In this document: positions 15,291 to 28,889 of the stretch, piece after piece
How positions within the stretch are numbered: the stretch's first letter is position 1
Layout: the number at the start of each line of letters is the position of its first letter
NCBI RefSeq assembly: GCF_006345805.1
Contig: NC_042998.1
Span: 85,560,001 to 85,624,000, forward strand
DNA: 64,000 bases
Origin: Octopus sinensis
Lineage: Eukaryota
Reading direction: 5' to 3'
Notes under the pieces: model-generated
Seen by the model: the letters and a program-made list of their open reading frames with translations, nothing else
Told to the model about the DNA's origin: nothing
Database searches by the model: none
Program-made: the position numbers and the translations under genes

Positions 15291-16789
15291 TATTGAAGCT
15301 GAATTTATAGTAGATTTGACCTGGAATTGATCAGTTTCAGAATCAACTTAGCAAAGACCAGTTTTTAGTAAGTAGGAAAGAAATCAGGACTCTGTAACTA
15401 TCAGAAAAAATGCTTGGGCTTAATATACAATATCTGGTCTGGTTGTATAATAAAATTCAACCAATATATCCTGTAAAATAACCAGGAAAGCCATTTAGCC
15501 ATATAAACTATGCCAAAAATAGATGATGTATTTGAGATATGTACTCCACAAACTCCATCACAGATTAATAACTATTTAGAATGGCACTACCTCCAAACAA
15601 TGACTTGATACAGGGTAGAGGAGACTTATGAAAAGACAGCTTTATATCACTCAGAGCATATGTAACAAGGGTTAATTAAAAGTTTGAAAACAAGTATGGA
15701 TGTTTGGAATAAACTTTCGAAAATGCTTTGGACAAGTAAAGGCTTAATCTGGCCACAGATGGTCCCTAATGGTAACGGTACAATAAAACGCACCCAGTTA
15801 CCACTGTAAGATGTATACAAAACTGCAGAATTGGTTGGGCTTTTCTGTTGTTAGGTGTGCCAAGTAACAAAAGAATATGACTGTGTTGGAACAAAGAACT
15901 GCAGCTAGTAAGACTTGTCCAACCCATGTTGATAGGAAAATAAATGGACATAAAATTATGATTATGATCACACACACAAACGAACACACACTCACACATG
16001 CATGCAAGCACAGATGTTTGTACTCATATACAAACGTGTGTGTGTGTGTGTGTGCATGCATGCATGGGTCTGCTATTCTTCGTCATTCTCTTTATTGCAC
16101 TCATTCATATGAAATTTTACTACACATTATCTTTGGGTGTATGAAATACAAAATTAGCCAGGATAGTGGCTGACAATGAATGATGTGTGTGTGTGTGTGC
16201 ATTATATACATGCATATATTTTATATATATATATATATGTATATATATCTCAACCCATCACAGTATGTCAAGGGAAATTACTCATTAATGCTATATATAT
16301 ATATATATACATATATATTATAGTGAGTTTGATTACTCATTTGTGTCTGGAAAACTTGTGAGTAATTTAGGTGTGAAGGATCCTGTTATTATTTTTTTTT
16401 GTTCGTCATCATACTGATTTTCTTTTCTATTTCCACCAATCTAGTTCTATTTATTCTTTTAGTCAGTGAATTACTTTTGTTTAGATCATTTGTCTGTACA
16501 TTACTGCTACATATTTTCCACTTTTCTGAGGTACCTTGGGCAAGTGTCTTCTACTATAGCCCTGAGCTAACCAATGGCTTATGAGTGAATTTAGTAGATG
16601 GAAATTGTGTGGAAGCTCATTTTATATCATCATCATCATCGTCCGCTTTCCATGCTGTCATGGGTTGAACGATTTGACTGAGGACTGGCAAGCCAAGAGG
16701 TTGCGGCAGGTTCCAATCTGTTCTGGCATGGTTTCTACAGCTGGTGGCCTTTGAGCTACATTTTCTTCTTAGGTATGAGATGGAAGGCA

Positions 16790-17330
16790 GCAGGTGCTAA
16801 ATCTAGTGAATGGTAGGGTGGCAGAGTGATGCCATGTTGTTTTTGGTGAAAAACTCACAAGTGAGGAGAGCTCACTGAAGTATCCAATTCTTTGCACTCC
16901 ACTAATCTGGTTGCTTTCACCACATGACCTCCCTTGAAGACTTCAAAACAACGCAGTAGAACTCTTGATTAACAGTCTGGCCCTGGGGGATAAATTCTCG
17001 ATACACAATACCACATTTCCAGGGGTGATACTTGTGACAGGTCTTCTGAATTGCTCAGGTCTCCTGGGGGTGTTCCGCTTTTGATGTGTCTCTGCAGTTT
17101 GAAATGTTGCGTTTGGCCCATTGCCTCATCACCATAAGTTTGCCAAAGCATGTTTAATGTCTCTATAGCAAACTTCCCAAGTTTAATTCAAAATTTCCTG
17201 TTGGCTCTTTGTTCCTGTCCATGACAAAATTGCAGACTACAGCATACATGTGATCACTAAAACACAAATTTCACAACTCACAAAGTAAACACAGCAATGT
17301 CACTCAGCACACTGCCTCATGAAGATCACT
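16790..17330 (-). mobile_element. Degenerate mariner transposase, N-terminal HTH region
   Basis: LGKFAIETLNMLWQTYGDEAMGQTQ..KSG matches mariner KLGKSATETxxMLxQAYGDEAMxRTQ..FKSG; stops and frameshifts present. Confidence 0.75.
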
Positions 17331-17384
17331 GGTAGTTCTTACTGTGCACACATAGCTATTTGTACACATGCATCATACAATTTG

Positions 17385-17600
17385 CCTTTCACTCTGAGAG
17401 AGAGGCCCTTCGTTACTAACAAATGTAGTAGCTATACTTTTGGAACAACCTTCCCCACTACTAACTTGGTCACCTAAGTAGTTGAAACTGTCTACTACTT
17501 CTAAGGATACCCCTGACATTTGAGGGAGTCTATTTTTCGTTCATTTTTGGTGTTTAATGTACCTGCACATCTGCCACATGTAAAAGCCACTTTCTCTGTT
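17385..17600 (-). mobile_element. RTE LINE ORF fragment
   Basis: CGRCAG..SLEVVDSFNYLGDQVSSG..TKGLSLRVKG pattern. Confidence 0.7.
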
Positions 17601-20600
17601 CATCTTCCACTGATACCACTAAGTCGTTTTAAATTATTTGTACATTGTCTTGTAGCTTTGAGATTTCGATGATGTGTTTGTTTACTTGTAGAATGACATT
17701 GCAGGATAGTTGTAGGAGGCCTGATCTAATCAGTTTAAACACAAAGCAGGTAGAATATTTGGGCTGCATATGGCCAGTTTGAATGGCGAAGGGACAAGGG
17801 ATAATATATCTCAACTGTTTACAAGTTTCTTTTATGTAACGTGTGATGTTGCATTTAACAGTAACATCTCTATTCATTCTCAATACATTCTGACAGATTC
17901 AAGTATGAATATGCCAATCACTGTTGTTTTTCATCATTGGAGAAGATGATGTGTGTTTGAAGGAGATGTTCTCCAATAATGAAAAACAACAGAGATCTGT
18001 ATATTCAGGTTTTGAATCTGCCTGAATATATTCATCATCATCATCATCGTTTAACGTTCGTTTTCCATGCTGGTATGGGTTGGATGGTTTGACTGAGGTC
18101 TGGAGATCCAGCAGCTGCACCAGGCTCCAATCTGATCTGGCAATGTTTCTACAGCTGGAAGCCCTTCCTAACGCCAACCACTCCAGGAGTGTAGTGGGTG
18201 CTTTTTATGTGCCACTGGCACAGGATCCAGTCAGGCAGGCCTGGCATCGATCACATTCAGATGGTGCTTTTACGTGCAACCGGTACAAGAGCCAGTCATG
18301 GGGTACTGGCTTCAGCCACAATTGGTCAGTGCTTTTTACATACCACCAGCACGGGAGCCAGTCAGACAAACCTGGCATTGACCACATTTGGGTTGTGCTT
18401 TTATTGGTTTCAAATTTTGGCAACAAGACCAGCAATTTATTGGGGTGAGGTAAGTCAATTAATTTGACTTCAGTGTTCAACTAGCATTTATAAATTCTGA
18501 AAAGATGAAAGGCAAAGTCAACCTCAACAGGATTTGAACTCAGAACATAAAGACAGACGAATGCCACTAAGCATTTTGCCCAGCATGCTAACGATTCTGC
18601 CATCTTGCTCACATCTCAGGAATATTGCTTTTCTTTTTCTCAATGATTTTGTTTTTACATAGGACAAGCCCTAAATTATTGTGGATGTGATGGAATAAAT
18701 ATCTAAATTCCAACCCCACTACACACACGCACATACACTATAAATACATTATACTACTGGTACATATAATTCTTCTGGATAAATGAAAGACAGTTAACTG
18801 CATCAAAGTTTAGACGTATATTCTGGGTAGGATAAAACTAAATAGCTGTAAAGTATTTAGTATGGTGCCTCTACTTTATCTGCTATTTCCACTTCTTATT
18901 TTTTCAGTCATCATCATCATCACCTTCACCACCATCTCCACCACTGTTCCATCCCAACAGTATTTGATAGCTCTGCAGTATGACATATCATGACTCATCC
19001 CAGTTCTGTGTCATCTTTTTTCCAAAAGACCCAGTATCCTGAGTTTTAAACTTGACCACATCTTCTTATCATGTTTTCCTTTATTTCAAAGTATCAAAAA
19101 GAATATTTATACAAACCATGAGATTCAATGAACTGCATCAATATTTCAACCTGTTCCACGTACACAACATGCATCATCCATCCTTTTGAAATTCCTTCAA
19201 TCTTTTGGTTCCCTGGCTAGGTTTACTGCTGAGACCTTATTAGGAAGAGGAGGAGAAGAAGAATGTGTGGAAATTGTTGTACAATTTACACTGATGCTGT
19301 AAACAAACTAGTCAAAGACATAGGCCTCTATTGAGTCGTTTAGCTTTCTAGAAACAGCAGTCAAAATCTCTCTCAGATTGCACTCTGCTGGCTCAAAAAA
19401 TAACACATTTGATTATGTGGTTTTAGGCAGCTCACTTTGAAACCACATTGTTTTAGGTTCAGTCCTACGGTATGCCTTGGGCAAATGTCTTCTATAATTT
19501 TTAGTCAACCAATGCCTTATGAGTGAATTTGGTTGATAGGAATTGTTTAGAAGCCCAGCATTGTGTGTGTGTGTGTTTGTCTCCCTTTCCCTTGCTGCTT
19601 AACTACTGAGAGAGAGAGAGAAATCAATAGAATAGGTCCCAGACTTGAAAAAATAATTACTGGAGTTGATCTGTTTGTCTAAGACCTCTCATGGTGGTGC
19701 CCCAGCATGGTTACAGTCTAATGGCTGAAACATTTAAAAGAGAAGGCAAGAAAGGATGGTAAGGCTTAAATATCATAATCATAGGTTTAGTTAATCAGGG
19801 CTGATCTGGGATTAAACACTGATACTATAAAGAAAAACTAGCCCTGTGTCTGGTGGGCAGCTCTTCAGACAGTTTGAACCATTAGTAATCATTTGATGAA
19901 TGTGATGTGGCATTAGCTTATTCATTAGTCATAGTCAACAGCATCAGCTTTGTCATCACCTCATCATCATCAAATTTGATTACATCATAAATCAGGTGGT
20001 AGTGGAAATTTTCAATATTTGCTTGAATCAATAAGATCATAGAGCTAAATTCATGACTGTGTTTAGTTAAGTACAAGTTCAAATCATACTCCTGTTGTTG
20101 ATTAGTTAAATACCACCACTGTTTTCAATCAAATAGTGGTGGTGTGCCTAATTACCAATTGAATGAAACTAATATTTTCCTGAAATTTTTGGAGCAGATA
20201 TCAATGTTATATTGCCATTGCCACCTCACATGAAATATTTTCATGTACTGACATCTAAAAAAAAATATTATTTTTGTACCTTATGAAGCCCTAACTAACC
20301 ACAGTTAAATAAAATACTAAGAAAGAAATATATCGAAAGACCTAGTTTTCAGCAGTGTGATAGAGCTAAATATAAATTATAGAAAAGTAAATTCATTTCA
20401 TTCTAGAGCTTTATTTTTTTTTTATTTTATTTCATTTTTTAATTTTGTGTTACCAACATTAGTTGCAGACTTCAAAGAAAAGTTTGTTAAATAATTTTCC
20501 TCTTGTGTTTTTTAATTTCATATTTTATAAAATTGTATGTTAAGAAATCAATAATTTTTATGCAAGAAATCAATTATAAAGTATATACAGATACAATACT

Positions 20601-23532
20601 GTCAATAAATTTGTGGATATTTGGTAGAGCTAATTGTAATAAAAATACATAAATAAAATTGAAAAAAAAATTATTTTTTATCTTGCTGTTTTAATTTTGG
20701 AGTTTAACACCAAAGAAAACCGATGCATATTAGTTTGAACTGTACTCCCTAGTGTATTAAGAGTTTTCATTTCGATATAAGCTCCAACATTTGCGGAGAT
20801 TTTGAAAGCAATAAATTTCATGCTCATCCCTTTAGAAGTAAATGTCGAATATGCATGTTAGCAATTATCAAAATTGAAAAAAATATTTAGAGACATTTAG
20901 AAGAGTTGAATGTTGTAGTGATGATACCAAACCAAAATCTTCTTCATTGATAAGAGTACTATGGCTTTTTTTTTTTTTATTGCAGTCTATCTAATGTTGT
21001 GACATTTAATTATTTATCCCCTATTGCCTCATTATACCTATTTCTGTATGGTTTGGTTGTTCCTCAAATTCAGATATTTTCTAATTTTAATGTAGTGAGT
21101 GCTACCACCATCCCACTGTTAACATGATGTCTTTTTTAATATTAAGTATTTAATCATGAAGTCAGATTGCCAACTGTTTCCAGTGATATCATACGGGAAT
21201 TGATTTGTACTGTACTGAACATTATAATGTGGTAGACTTGAATAATATTTAAGTAAACTTGAATATTATTATTCAAGTTTAACAGACATATTACAATATT
21301 GGAAATTTCAAAGTTCTATGTTTGTATATAATGTTTAATAATGACTAGTGCAGAGAATGTAAAATAAACAGCTAGAAATTGTATTAGTGAGATGGCAGAA
21401 TTGTTGGCATATTGGACAAAATGCTTAGTGGCATTTCTTCTGGCTCTTTGCATTCTGAGTTCTAATCCCACCAAAGTCAACTTTGTCTTTTATCCTTTCA
21501 GGGTCACTAAAATAAAATACTAGTCAAATAATGGAACCAATGTAATCATCTTGGTTCCTCTCCTTGAAATTGCTGGCCTTGTGCTAAAATTAGATTTATT
21601 TGTTAGAATGCCCTTCAGTCATGACTGGATTATGGGTTTCTGCAACTGCAAAGTTCCTTTGCAAGGGACAGGCCTGACCAAGAGTGTTTTTCTTTCTTTT
21701 TTTTTTTTTGTTTTAGTGGGGGGGGGGGGACTAGTTATTACCCATACATGCAACATACTCCTAATAATATCAATATAATTTGCCACCAGTTTTGTTGCAG
21801 GCATTGCTACCAGAATGCAAAGAACTGAAGCAAATGCCACAAGATATCATGTCTTGTGTTCTGATAGTTCTATGAATCTCTCATCCTAGATTTACACTTT
21901 TTATCAACCCCAAGAGGATGAAAGACAAAGTTGATCATGGAAAAATTTGTACTCAAAGTGCAGAGTTGGAACAAATACTATGATAAGTGCTAGTGCCACT
22001 TACAAAGCACTGGTGCTGGTGCCACATAAAAAGCACTGGTGCTGATTTCACTTAAAAAGCACTGATGTTGGTGCCATATAAAAAGTACCCAGTACACTCT
22101 GTAAAGTGGTTGGTGTTAGGAAGGGCATCCAGCTTTAGAAACCATGCCAAAACCGACGATGGAACCTGGTATGGCTCCTGGTCTTTCCAGCTCCTGTCAA
22201 ACCTTCCAACCCATGCCAACATGGAAAATGGATGTTAAATCATGACAATGGTGATGAGGATTCTAGCTTGTAGTTGATGCTCTAAAGACTCTGCTTCTTC
22301 CTTGTCTTGTTTTAATGCCATGCAGTGAGACTGAGCCTGAAATCACATGGTTGCAAAGTGCCTTCTGCTATAGATTCAGGGGCAATCAATTTCTTGTGAG
22401 TGGTACGTGCTAACTTTGTGGAAGTTTGTGTGTGTGTGTGTCTGTCTGTCTGTCTTTGTATGTATCCCCTCATTGCAACTGCTGTTGGTTTCTCTTTACC
22501 TCCCCATAACTTTGTAGTTCAACAAAAGAGACCAATAGAATAAGTACTAAGCTTAATAAAAAAAATACTGAGGTCAATTTGTTTGACTAAAACCCTTCAA
22601 GGTAGTACCCCAGCATGGCCACAGTCCAGTGAGTGAAGCAAGGAAAAGATGAAAACTTGGGCAAGGTTTTTTTTAAATGAGTAACAGTTGCTTGTACACG
22701 CAAATCTTCCCTCTTCCCCAGCCGCTTATCCAAAAGAAAGACCGTTGAGTTAGGTCAATACAGATTGACATGTCTCATTGTTCTAACGGTTCTATGAATC
22801 TCTCATCCTAGATTTACACTTTTTATCAACCCCAAGAGGATGAAAGACAACTGGTGTTGGTATTGCTGTGAAAACCTCATAAAGCCAGGGCAGATACTGC
22901 TAGACACCAAGTCTCTTGCTGTAACAGCTCAGCTAGTTTACTGTTTTGTGTTGGTACTTTTTAATCAACTAATTTTGAGAAAATTAGAAAAAGTTGATGT
23001 AAAGATATTATTGGCATTGAGGGGCTTGTGGTAGTGTTGATTGTGAATGTTTGCGCTCTCTTCCACTGAGCCAACAGTAAGTTCTTCAGTGTGTCATTGC
23101 AACCTGTGTTATGTTAATAGTTAGAGTTTGTCTTAAGTCTACTGGATTAGGCCAGAACATATCTTGGTTTATGTGGTGTATAAGTATTTGAGAGTATGAG
23201 ACATTTCACTGGATGTGATGCTGGTCTGTCGTTGGGTTAACTCCAGCTGCTGATACTCATTTCAGGGGAGTAGCCTTGAACAACATGAAGTGAAGTTTCT
23301 TGCTCAAGGACACAGCATATCACCACCCAGTCTGATTTGAATCCATGATTTTATGATTTATGAGCCCAACATACTTATCTCTAGTCCATGTTTTGCTATA
23401 GTGGATAATATTTGAAGCATGAATAAAGGGAGTATGCCAAAGAAGAATTATATTTAATAGAGTTTTATATTTTGTTCAAAGTACATTTACAGATTTAAAA
23501 AAAAAAAATTACTTTTTGTTTTTTTTATTTAG

Positions 23533-23678
23533 GCTTGAAGAACTCATTGGACTCTTTCATTTGTGAAGAAACCAAGAATTTATACGACTTGGATGGTGAA
23601 GCTGCTCTTAATCGAGTGAAATCTGGAGAAGTGTCAGCTGATGACTTGGTCAAAAAATGGACAAAAGCATTCACTCAG
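23533..23678 (+). CDS. C12orf4: C12orf4/FERRY3 orthologue, first coding exon found in window (phase 1 in, phase 0 out)
   Basis: tttag|GC...CAG|gtaac; encodes LKNSLDSFICEETKNLYDLDGEAALNRVKSGEVSADDLVKKWTKAFTQ, matching human [46 protein letters not shown] as recalled. Confidence 0.9.
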
Positions 23679-23741
23679 GTAACATTTATGCAATTTCCCC
23701 ATTCCATTCTTGATGAAAAATACAAAATGATTATTAAATAG

Positions 23742-24150
23742 GAAGGCTCAGGCTTGGCTGTGTGGTTGAGAAGCTTATTTTGCAACCACATGGTTTCAGG
23801 TTCAGTCCCACTGCTTCACACCTTGGGCAAGTGTCTTCTACTATAACTCCAGGTTGACTAATGCCTTGTGAGTGAATTTGGTGGTGGTGGGGTGGGGACT
23901 GTGGAAGCCTGCAGGTGTGGGTTTTTTGCATGTGTGTGTGTGTTTTTGTAAACCCACCCACTACCTAACCAGTGTTTATTTATATCCCCTGTAACTTAGC
24001 AGTTCAACAAACAAAAAAAAGTCTGAAAGAATAAGTATCACACATAAAAAATAAGTACTGGGGTGAATTTGTTCAGCTACACCTGTCAAGGTAATACCCC
24101 AGCATGGCCACAGTCCAGTGACTGAAACAAGTAAATGATAAAAGATAAAT
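23742..24150 (+). mobile_element. SINE family A copy, ~60 bp downstream of an exon donor
   Basis: Head ggcttggctgtgtggttgagaagc, tail gactgaaacaagtaaa. Confidence 0.8.
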
Positions 24151-25895
24151 AATATCTGATAAAATTTTCCGCATTTCATTTAAATTTTTCTATAATTTGA
24201 TAATGTAATTGATTCCATGGTTACATTGAAAAAACACCAATCAGATCAAAGCAAAAAAAAATGCCATTTTCATGCGCACTACTACTCATGACTTCCTCTT
24301 GAGCCATTATGATTCATAAAGAAAATGACTGGTCACTAAAATATTCTTTTCTACTTGAGGCACAAGGTCTGAAATTTTGGGGACAGGAGCCAGTCAATTA
24401 GGTTGACCTCAGTACACAACTGGTACTTAATTTATTGACCCTGAAATAATGAAAGACAAAGTCAACTGTAGCAGAATTTGGACTCAGAACATAATGACAG
24501 GTGAAATACCACTAAACATTTCTCCCACCATGCTAACGTTTCTGCCAGCTCACTGCCTTTGGTCACTATAATATTAAATAAGTAATGGTTAAGTTTAACA
24601 AAGTTTAATCTTAAACAAATTCTCATTTGGTAGTTGTTAAATTTAATATTAAACAAATTCTCATTTGGGAATCTCTGTGCAAGTATCCAACACAGTCATA
24701 TAGAGGGTTGTGTACTGAAAATTATCTCCTGAACTGAATGTAAGTGTCATATTAGTTGACTCTTCAGACAAATGCCAATTTGTAACGCTAGCTCCTTAGA
24801 TGAAAGCTAATTATAAGTTGGTTCCTTAGGCTGATTCTTCAGAAGGAGGCTGTCTCTCATAATTTAGAAATACATGTCAGTAGACTCCATAGATGAATGT
24901 TTATCTGTTGCAGATAAACAGGTGCTATTTTGTTCCAGGATTGCTCTTGTGAAAAATCACAACTCAGAAGCCTAGTTTCATATTCTACCTGCCGAAGATA
25001 TTGGGTAACCATTCCAATGTAACTTCCCAAACAGTTATTACAGGTTCTGTCTAACATTGTCATCATTGTCATTATCATCATCATCATCTTTACATTTGTG
25101 GTTTTGATGGTGGCACTGGATGAATCTTATTGCAGCAATATTCCAATATTCTAAGACTGGACACTCTTCCTGCCCCTAATCCTTACCTGTTTTTCAAGGA
25201 CACTTAACATTACCATCACATAAATACATGAGTATATGTATATATATATATATATATATAAGAAATTAAAAAAGGAAAATACGCACACTTACATAGTTTT
25301 AATATAATTTTTAATATATCGACCAGTTTCGCTATCGCTATTCATGATATTATGTTCTACTTTTTTGAATATGTATTTTTTCCTAAGAAGAAATTTTGTC
25401 CATGTTGTGTGTGATGATATATATATATATATATTATCATCATCATTTAATGTCCTCCTTCCATGCTGGCATGGGTTGGACGGTTTGATATGAGCTTGCC
25501 AGACAGAAGCCTGCACCATACTTTTGTGTCTATTTTGGCATAGTTTTTACAACTGCATGCCCTCCTTAGCACCAACCACTCCGCAGAGTGGGTTGAGTGC
25601 TTTTTATGTGGCACCAGCATAGGCAAGGTCAGTTTTGGCATGGATTTTACAGCTGGATGCCCTTTCAAATACCAACCACTTTACAGTGTGGACTGGATGC
25701 TTTTTAAGTGGCACCTGCACTGGCAGGGTTTCCAAATAACTTTGCAATACAAGGAATCTTTGAGAGGCAGGGGGCATTGGAGGAGGTGATCTTGTGTCAA
25801 ATGATGAATATGACAGAAAGACAGAAACAGGTGTTTTGCTGTAGTGGAGGTACATGGTTACCTAGCCAAAGAAATATATATATATATATATATAC

Positions 25896-27420
25896 ACAAG
25901 AAAACCACCCAAACGTGGCCGTAACCAGTACCGCATCGACTGGCCTCCGTGCTGTGGGCACAACAAACACCATCCGATCGTGGCCGTTCGCCAGCCTCAT
26001 CTGGCACCTGTGCCGGTGGCACATAAAGACACCATCCGAAGACCCGGCGACGTAGTCAGTCCACCTGTGCATACCTTCCCTCTTATGACACTTGTGAAGA
26101 CCTGTTGAGGCAAGTGTGTGACACTTGTGAAGACCTGTTGAGGCAAGTGAAAATCAAACCAAATCAAAATAGATGAATATCAATGGAATTTGTATCTTTG
26201 TGGTTCCAGTACCGGTGGCACACAAGAAAACCATCCGAAGTGGCCGTAGCTGGTACCGCATCGACTGGCCTCCGTGCTGTGGGCACAACAAACACCATCT
26301 GATCGTGGCCGTTCGCCAGCCTCACCTGGCACCTGTGTCGGTGGCACATAAAAACACCATCCAAAGACCCGGCGACGTAGTCAGTCCACCTGTGCATACC
26401 TTCCCTCTTATGACACTTGTGAAGACCTGTTGAGGCAGAGGCAAGTGTGTGACACTTTGTGAAGACCTGTTGAGGCAGAGGCAAGTGTGTGACACTTGTG
26501 GAGACCTGTTGAGGCAAGTGTGTGACACGCGTGACACTTGTGAAGACCTGTTGAGGCAAGTGAAAATCAAACCAAATCAAAATAGATGAACATCAATGGA
26601 ATTTGTATCTTTGTGGTTCCAGTACCGGTGGCACACAAGAAAACCATCCGATCGTGGCCGTTCGCCAGCCACATCTGGCACCTGTGTCGGTGGCACATAA
26701 AGACACCATCCGAAGACCCGGCGACGTAGACAGTCCACCTGTGCATACCTTCCTTCTTGTGACACTTGTGAAGACCTGTTGAGGCAAGTGACACTTGTGA
26801 AGACCTGTTGAGGCAAGTGAAAATCAAATCAAATCGAAACAAATCAAAATAGATGAACATAAATGGAATTTGTATCTTTGTGGTACCAGTGCCGGTGGCA
26901 CACAAGAAAATCATCCGAACGTGGCCGTAGCCAGTACCGCATAGACTGGCCTCCGTGCTTTGGGGACGTAACAAACACCATCCGATCGTGGCCGTCCGCC
27001 AGCCTCATCTGGCACCTGTGTCGGTGGCACATAAAAACACCATCCGAGCGTGGCCGTCTGCCAGCCTCGTCTGGCACCTGCCAGCCTCATCTGGCACCTG
27101 TGTCGGTGGCACATAAAAACACCATCCGAGCGTGGCCGTCTGCCAGCCTCGTCTGGCACCTGTGTCGGTGGCACATAAAAACACCATCCGAGCGTGGCCG
27201 TTCGCCAGCCTCGTCTGGCACCTGTGTCGGTGGCACATAAAATCACCCACTACACTCTCGGAGTGGTTGGCGTTAGGAAGGGCATCCAGCTGTAGAAACA
27301 CTGCCAGATCTGACTGGCCTGGTGCAGCCTTCGGGCTCCCCAGACCCCAGTTGAACCGTCCAACCCATGCTAGCATGGAAAACGGACGCTAAATGATGAT
27401 GATGATGATGATGATGATAC
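25896..27420 (+). repeat. Tandemly amplified RTE 3' UTR array (higher-order repeat)
   Basis: Anchor aaatcaaaatagatgaa at 26161, 26574 and 26841; nested ~29-bp gacacttgtgaagacctgttgaggcaagt and ~62-bp ctggcacctgtgtcggtggcacataaaa units; single (ATG)n tail at ~27393-27418. Confidence 0.85.
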
Positions 27421-27777
27421 ACACACACACACATTATATATAATCTTTTATATATACCCAGGCCTGTTCCCTATTTTCTTAGGAAGTGGCTATCTACAAC
27501 AAGACACACACCAGGCATTCCATTAATTTCCCAGTGCAAAGAGGCGAGCCCAGTACTATGCTCAGGTCAAGGCATACAACGCAACCCCCAATATCAGCAG
27601 TGGTGCTTGACATCATATAAAGGATAATAATCTAAGCTGTCTTCATGAAGTATATGTACATATTCTGGCTAGCAAATGTATAAATGAGAAAACCATGCAT
27701 ATAAGTTGAAATTGCTGGTCAAGTATTATCATTCACAGAGTAAATGTGTATTAAAAACAAAAACTGGAATTTATGGT

Positions 27778-28093
27778 ACTATTTTAATACTGTAGTTACA
27801 AATGTTTCGTTACATGGGAAATAAATTTTATGAATATAGTTATTGAAATTAATAATAATATAAATTCGTAATAAAATACAGACATAAATATAGATCTTTT
27901 CCCACATGTAAATCTTTAACATTATTATATTGAAACTGTCTGAAGATTTTCACACAAGAAAATATCTAAATGTATATATACATTTTATTATAAATTTATT
28001 ATATCTATATTATTATTGATATTAATATCTATATTCATAAAATGTATTTCCCATGTTGTAAAGAAACATTTGTAACTACAGTATTAAAATAGT
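27778..28093. mobile_element. AT-rich MITE-like foldback
   Basis: Arms of ~85 bp: actattttaatactgtagttacaaatgtttc.. / ..gaaacatttgtaactacagtattaaaatagt. Confidence 0.7.
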
Positions 28094-28580
28094 GTCATTA
28101 ATTCCATTCTTTGTTTTAATACATGTATATGTATGTGTGACCTATATAGTAGATAAATAAACAGTGCTAATTTAGCTATTTTTCCATAGACTGAAAAAAA
28201 AAATTATGAACAACCTTAATTGATTTTCAAATCTCAGTAGATTCTCATCAGAGGTGTTTACATCAATTTGACCGATCCCAGAGAAATAAGCAGCCATTCT
28301 GTTTACATACACAAACAATTACAGTACCTTCAGAAAAGTGGGGCTATTAATTTGCATACCATAGACATATGCACACACAATAGACTTCTGAATAATTTCC
28401 CTGAATCATTCTCCCTTACAAGGGTTTACTACTATAGCTTCAGGTCAATAATTTGAAGCAAAAGTAGAAGACTCTTGTCTCAGTTACCACACAATGGGGT
28501 GGAACCCAAAACTGTTGTTATGAAGCAAACTTCATAATACACAAGTACACATGCACCGAGATTAGCTATAATAATTATCA

Positions 28581-28805
28581 TACTTCAAATTTGGAATTTG
28601 ATCAGGACTACTAAGTATACCCCTATGATTAATAATTCATGCAGAACTAGATCAACTGGGGTCTTTATTAAATGATGATAAATTGTATAATGTAATTGTT
28701 ACTGCCTATTATGCATTTGTTATGATTCTTTTCTTAGTTATACCTGTTATTATTGGAATATTTAGTAATTGATTAGATCCTCTAATATTAGGAATCCCTG
28801 ATATA
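28581..28805 (+). pseudogene. COX1: NUMT: nuclear copy of a 5' fragment of mitochondrial COX1
   Basis: With the invertebrate mitochondrial code (TGA=W, ATA=M) it reads [75 protein letters not shown], aligning to the COX1 N-terminus FGIWSGLLG...[34 protein letters not shown]...GNWLVPLMLGAPDM. It contains in-frame TGA codons. Confidence 0.92.
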
Positions 28806-28889
28806 CTTTACTTTAAAAAATAAAACTTTAACAGAGTAAAGTGTTTAATATTTTGATCTTATAACTTCTGAACTAATCTATAATTTCAG

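Noticed and set aside
20759-20860. Short Cys-containing open frame (ICGDFESNKFHAHPFRSKCRICM)
   Set aside because: No splice support or identifiable family; likely chance.
20986-21094. Segment with strong acceptor (T-tract TGCAG) and GTGAGT donor
   Set aside because: No similarity to the missing C12orf4 N-terminus and the wrong phase for the next exon; it could at most be a UTR or pseudo-exon.
26088-26820. CRISPR-like recurrence of a ~29-bp repeat
   Set aside because: The context is eukaryotic, the repeats are adjacent or separated by repeated rather than unique spacers, and they derive from an RTE UTR; no cas genes.
28581-28805. Functional link between the COX1 NUMT and FERRY's reported association with mRNAs for mitochondrial proteins
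   Set aside because: The NUMT is decayed intronic DNA; nothing in the sequence supports a connection.
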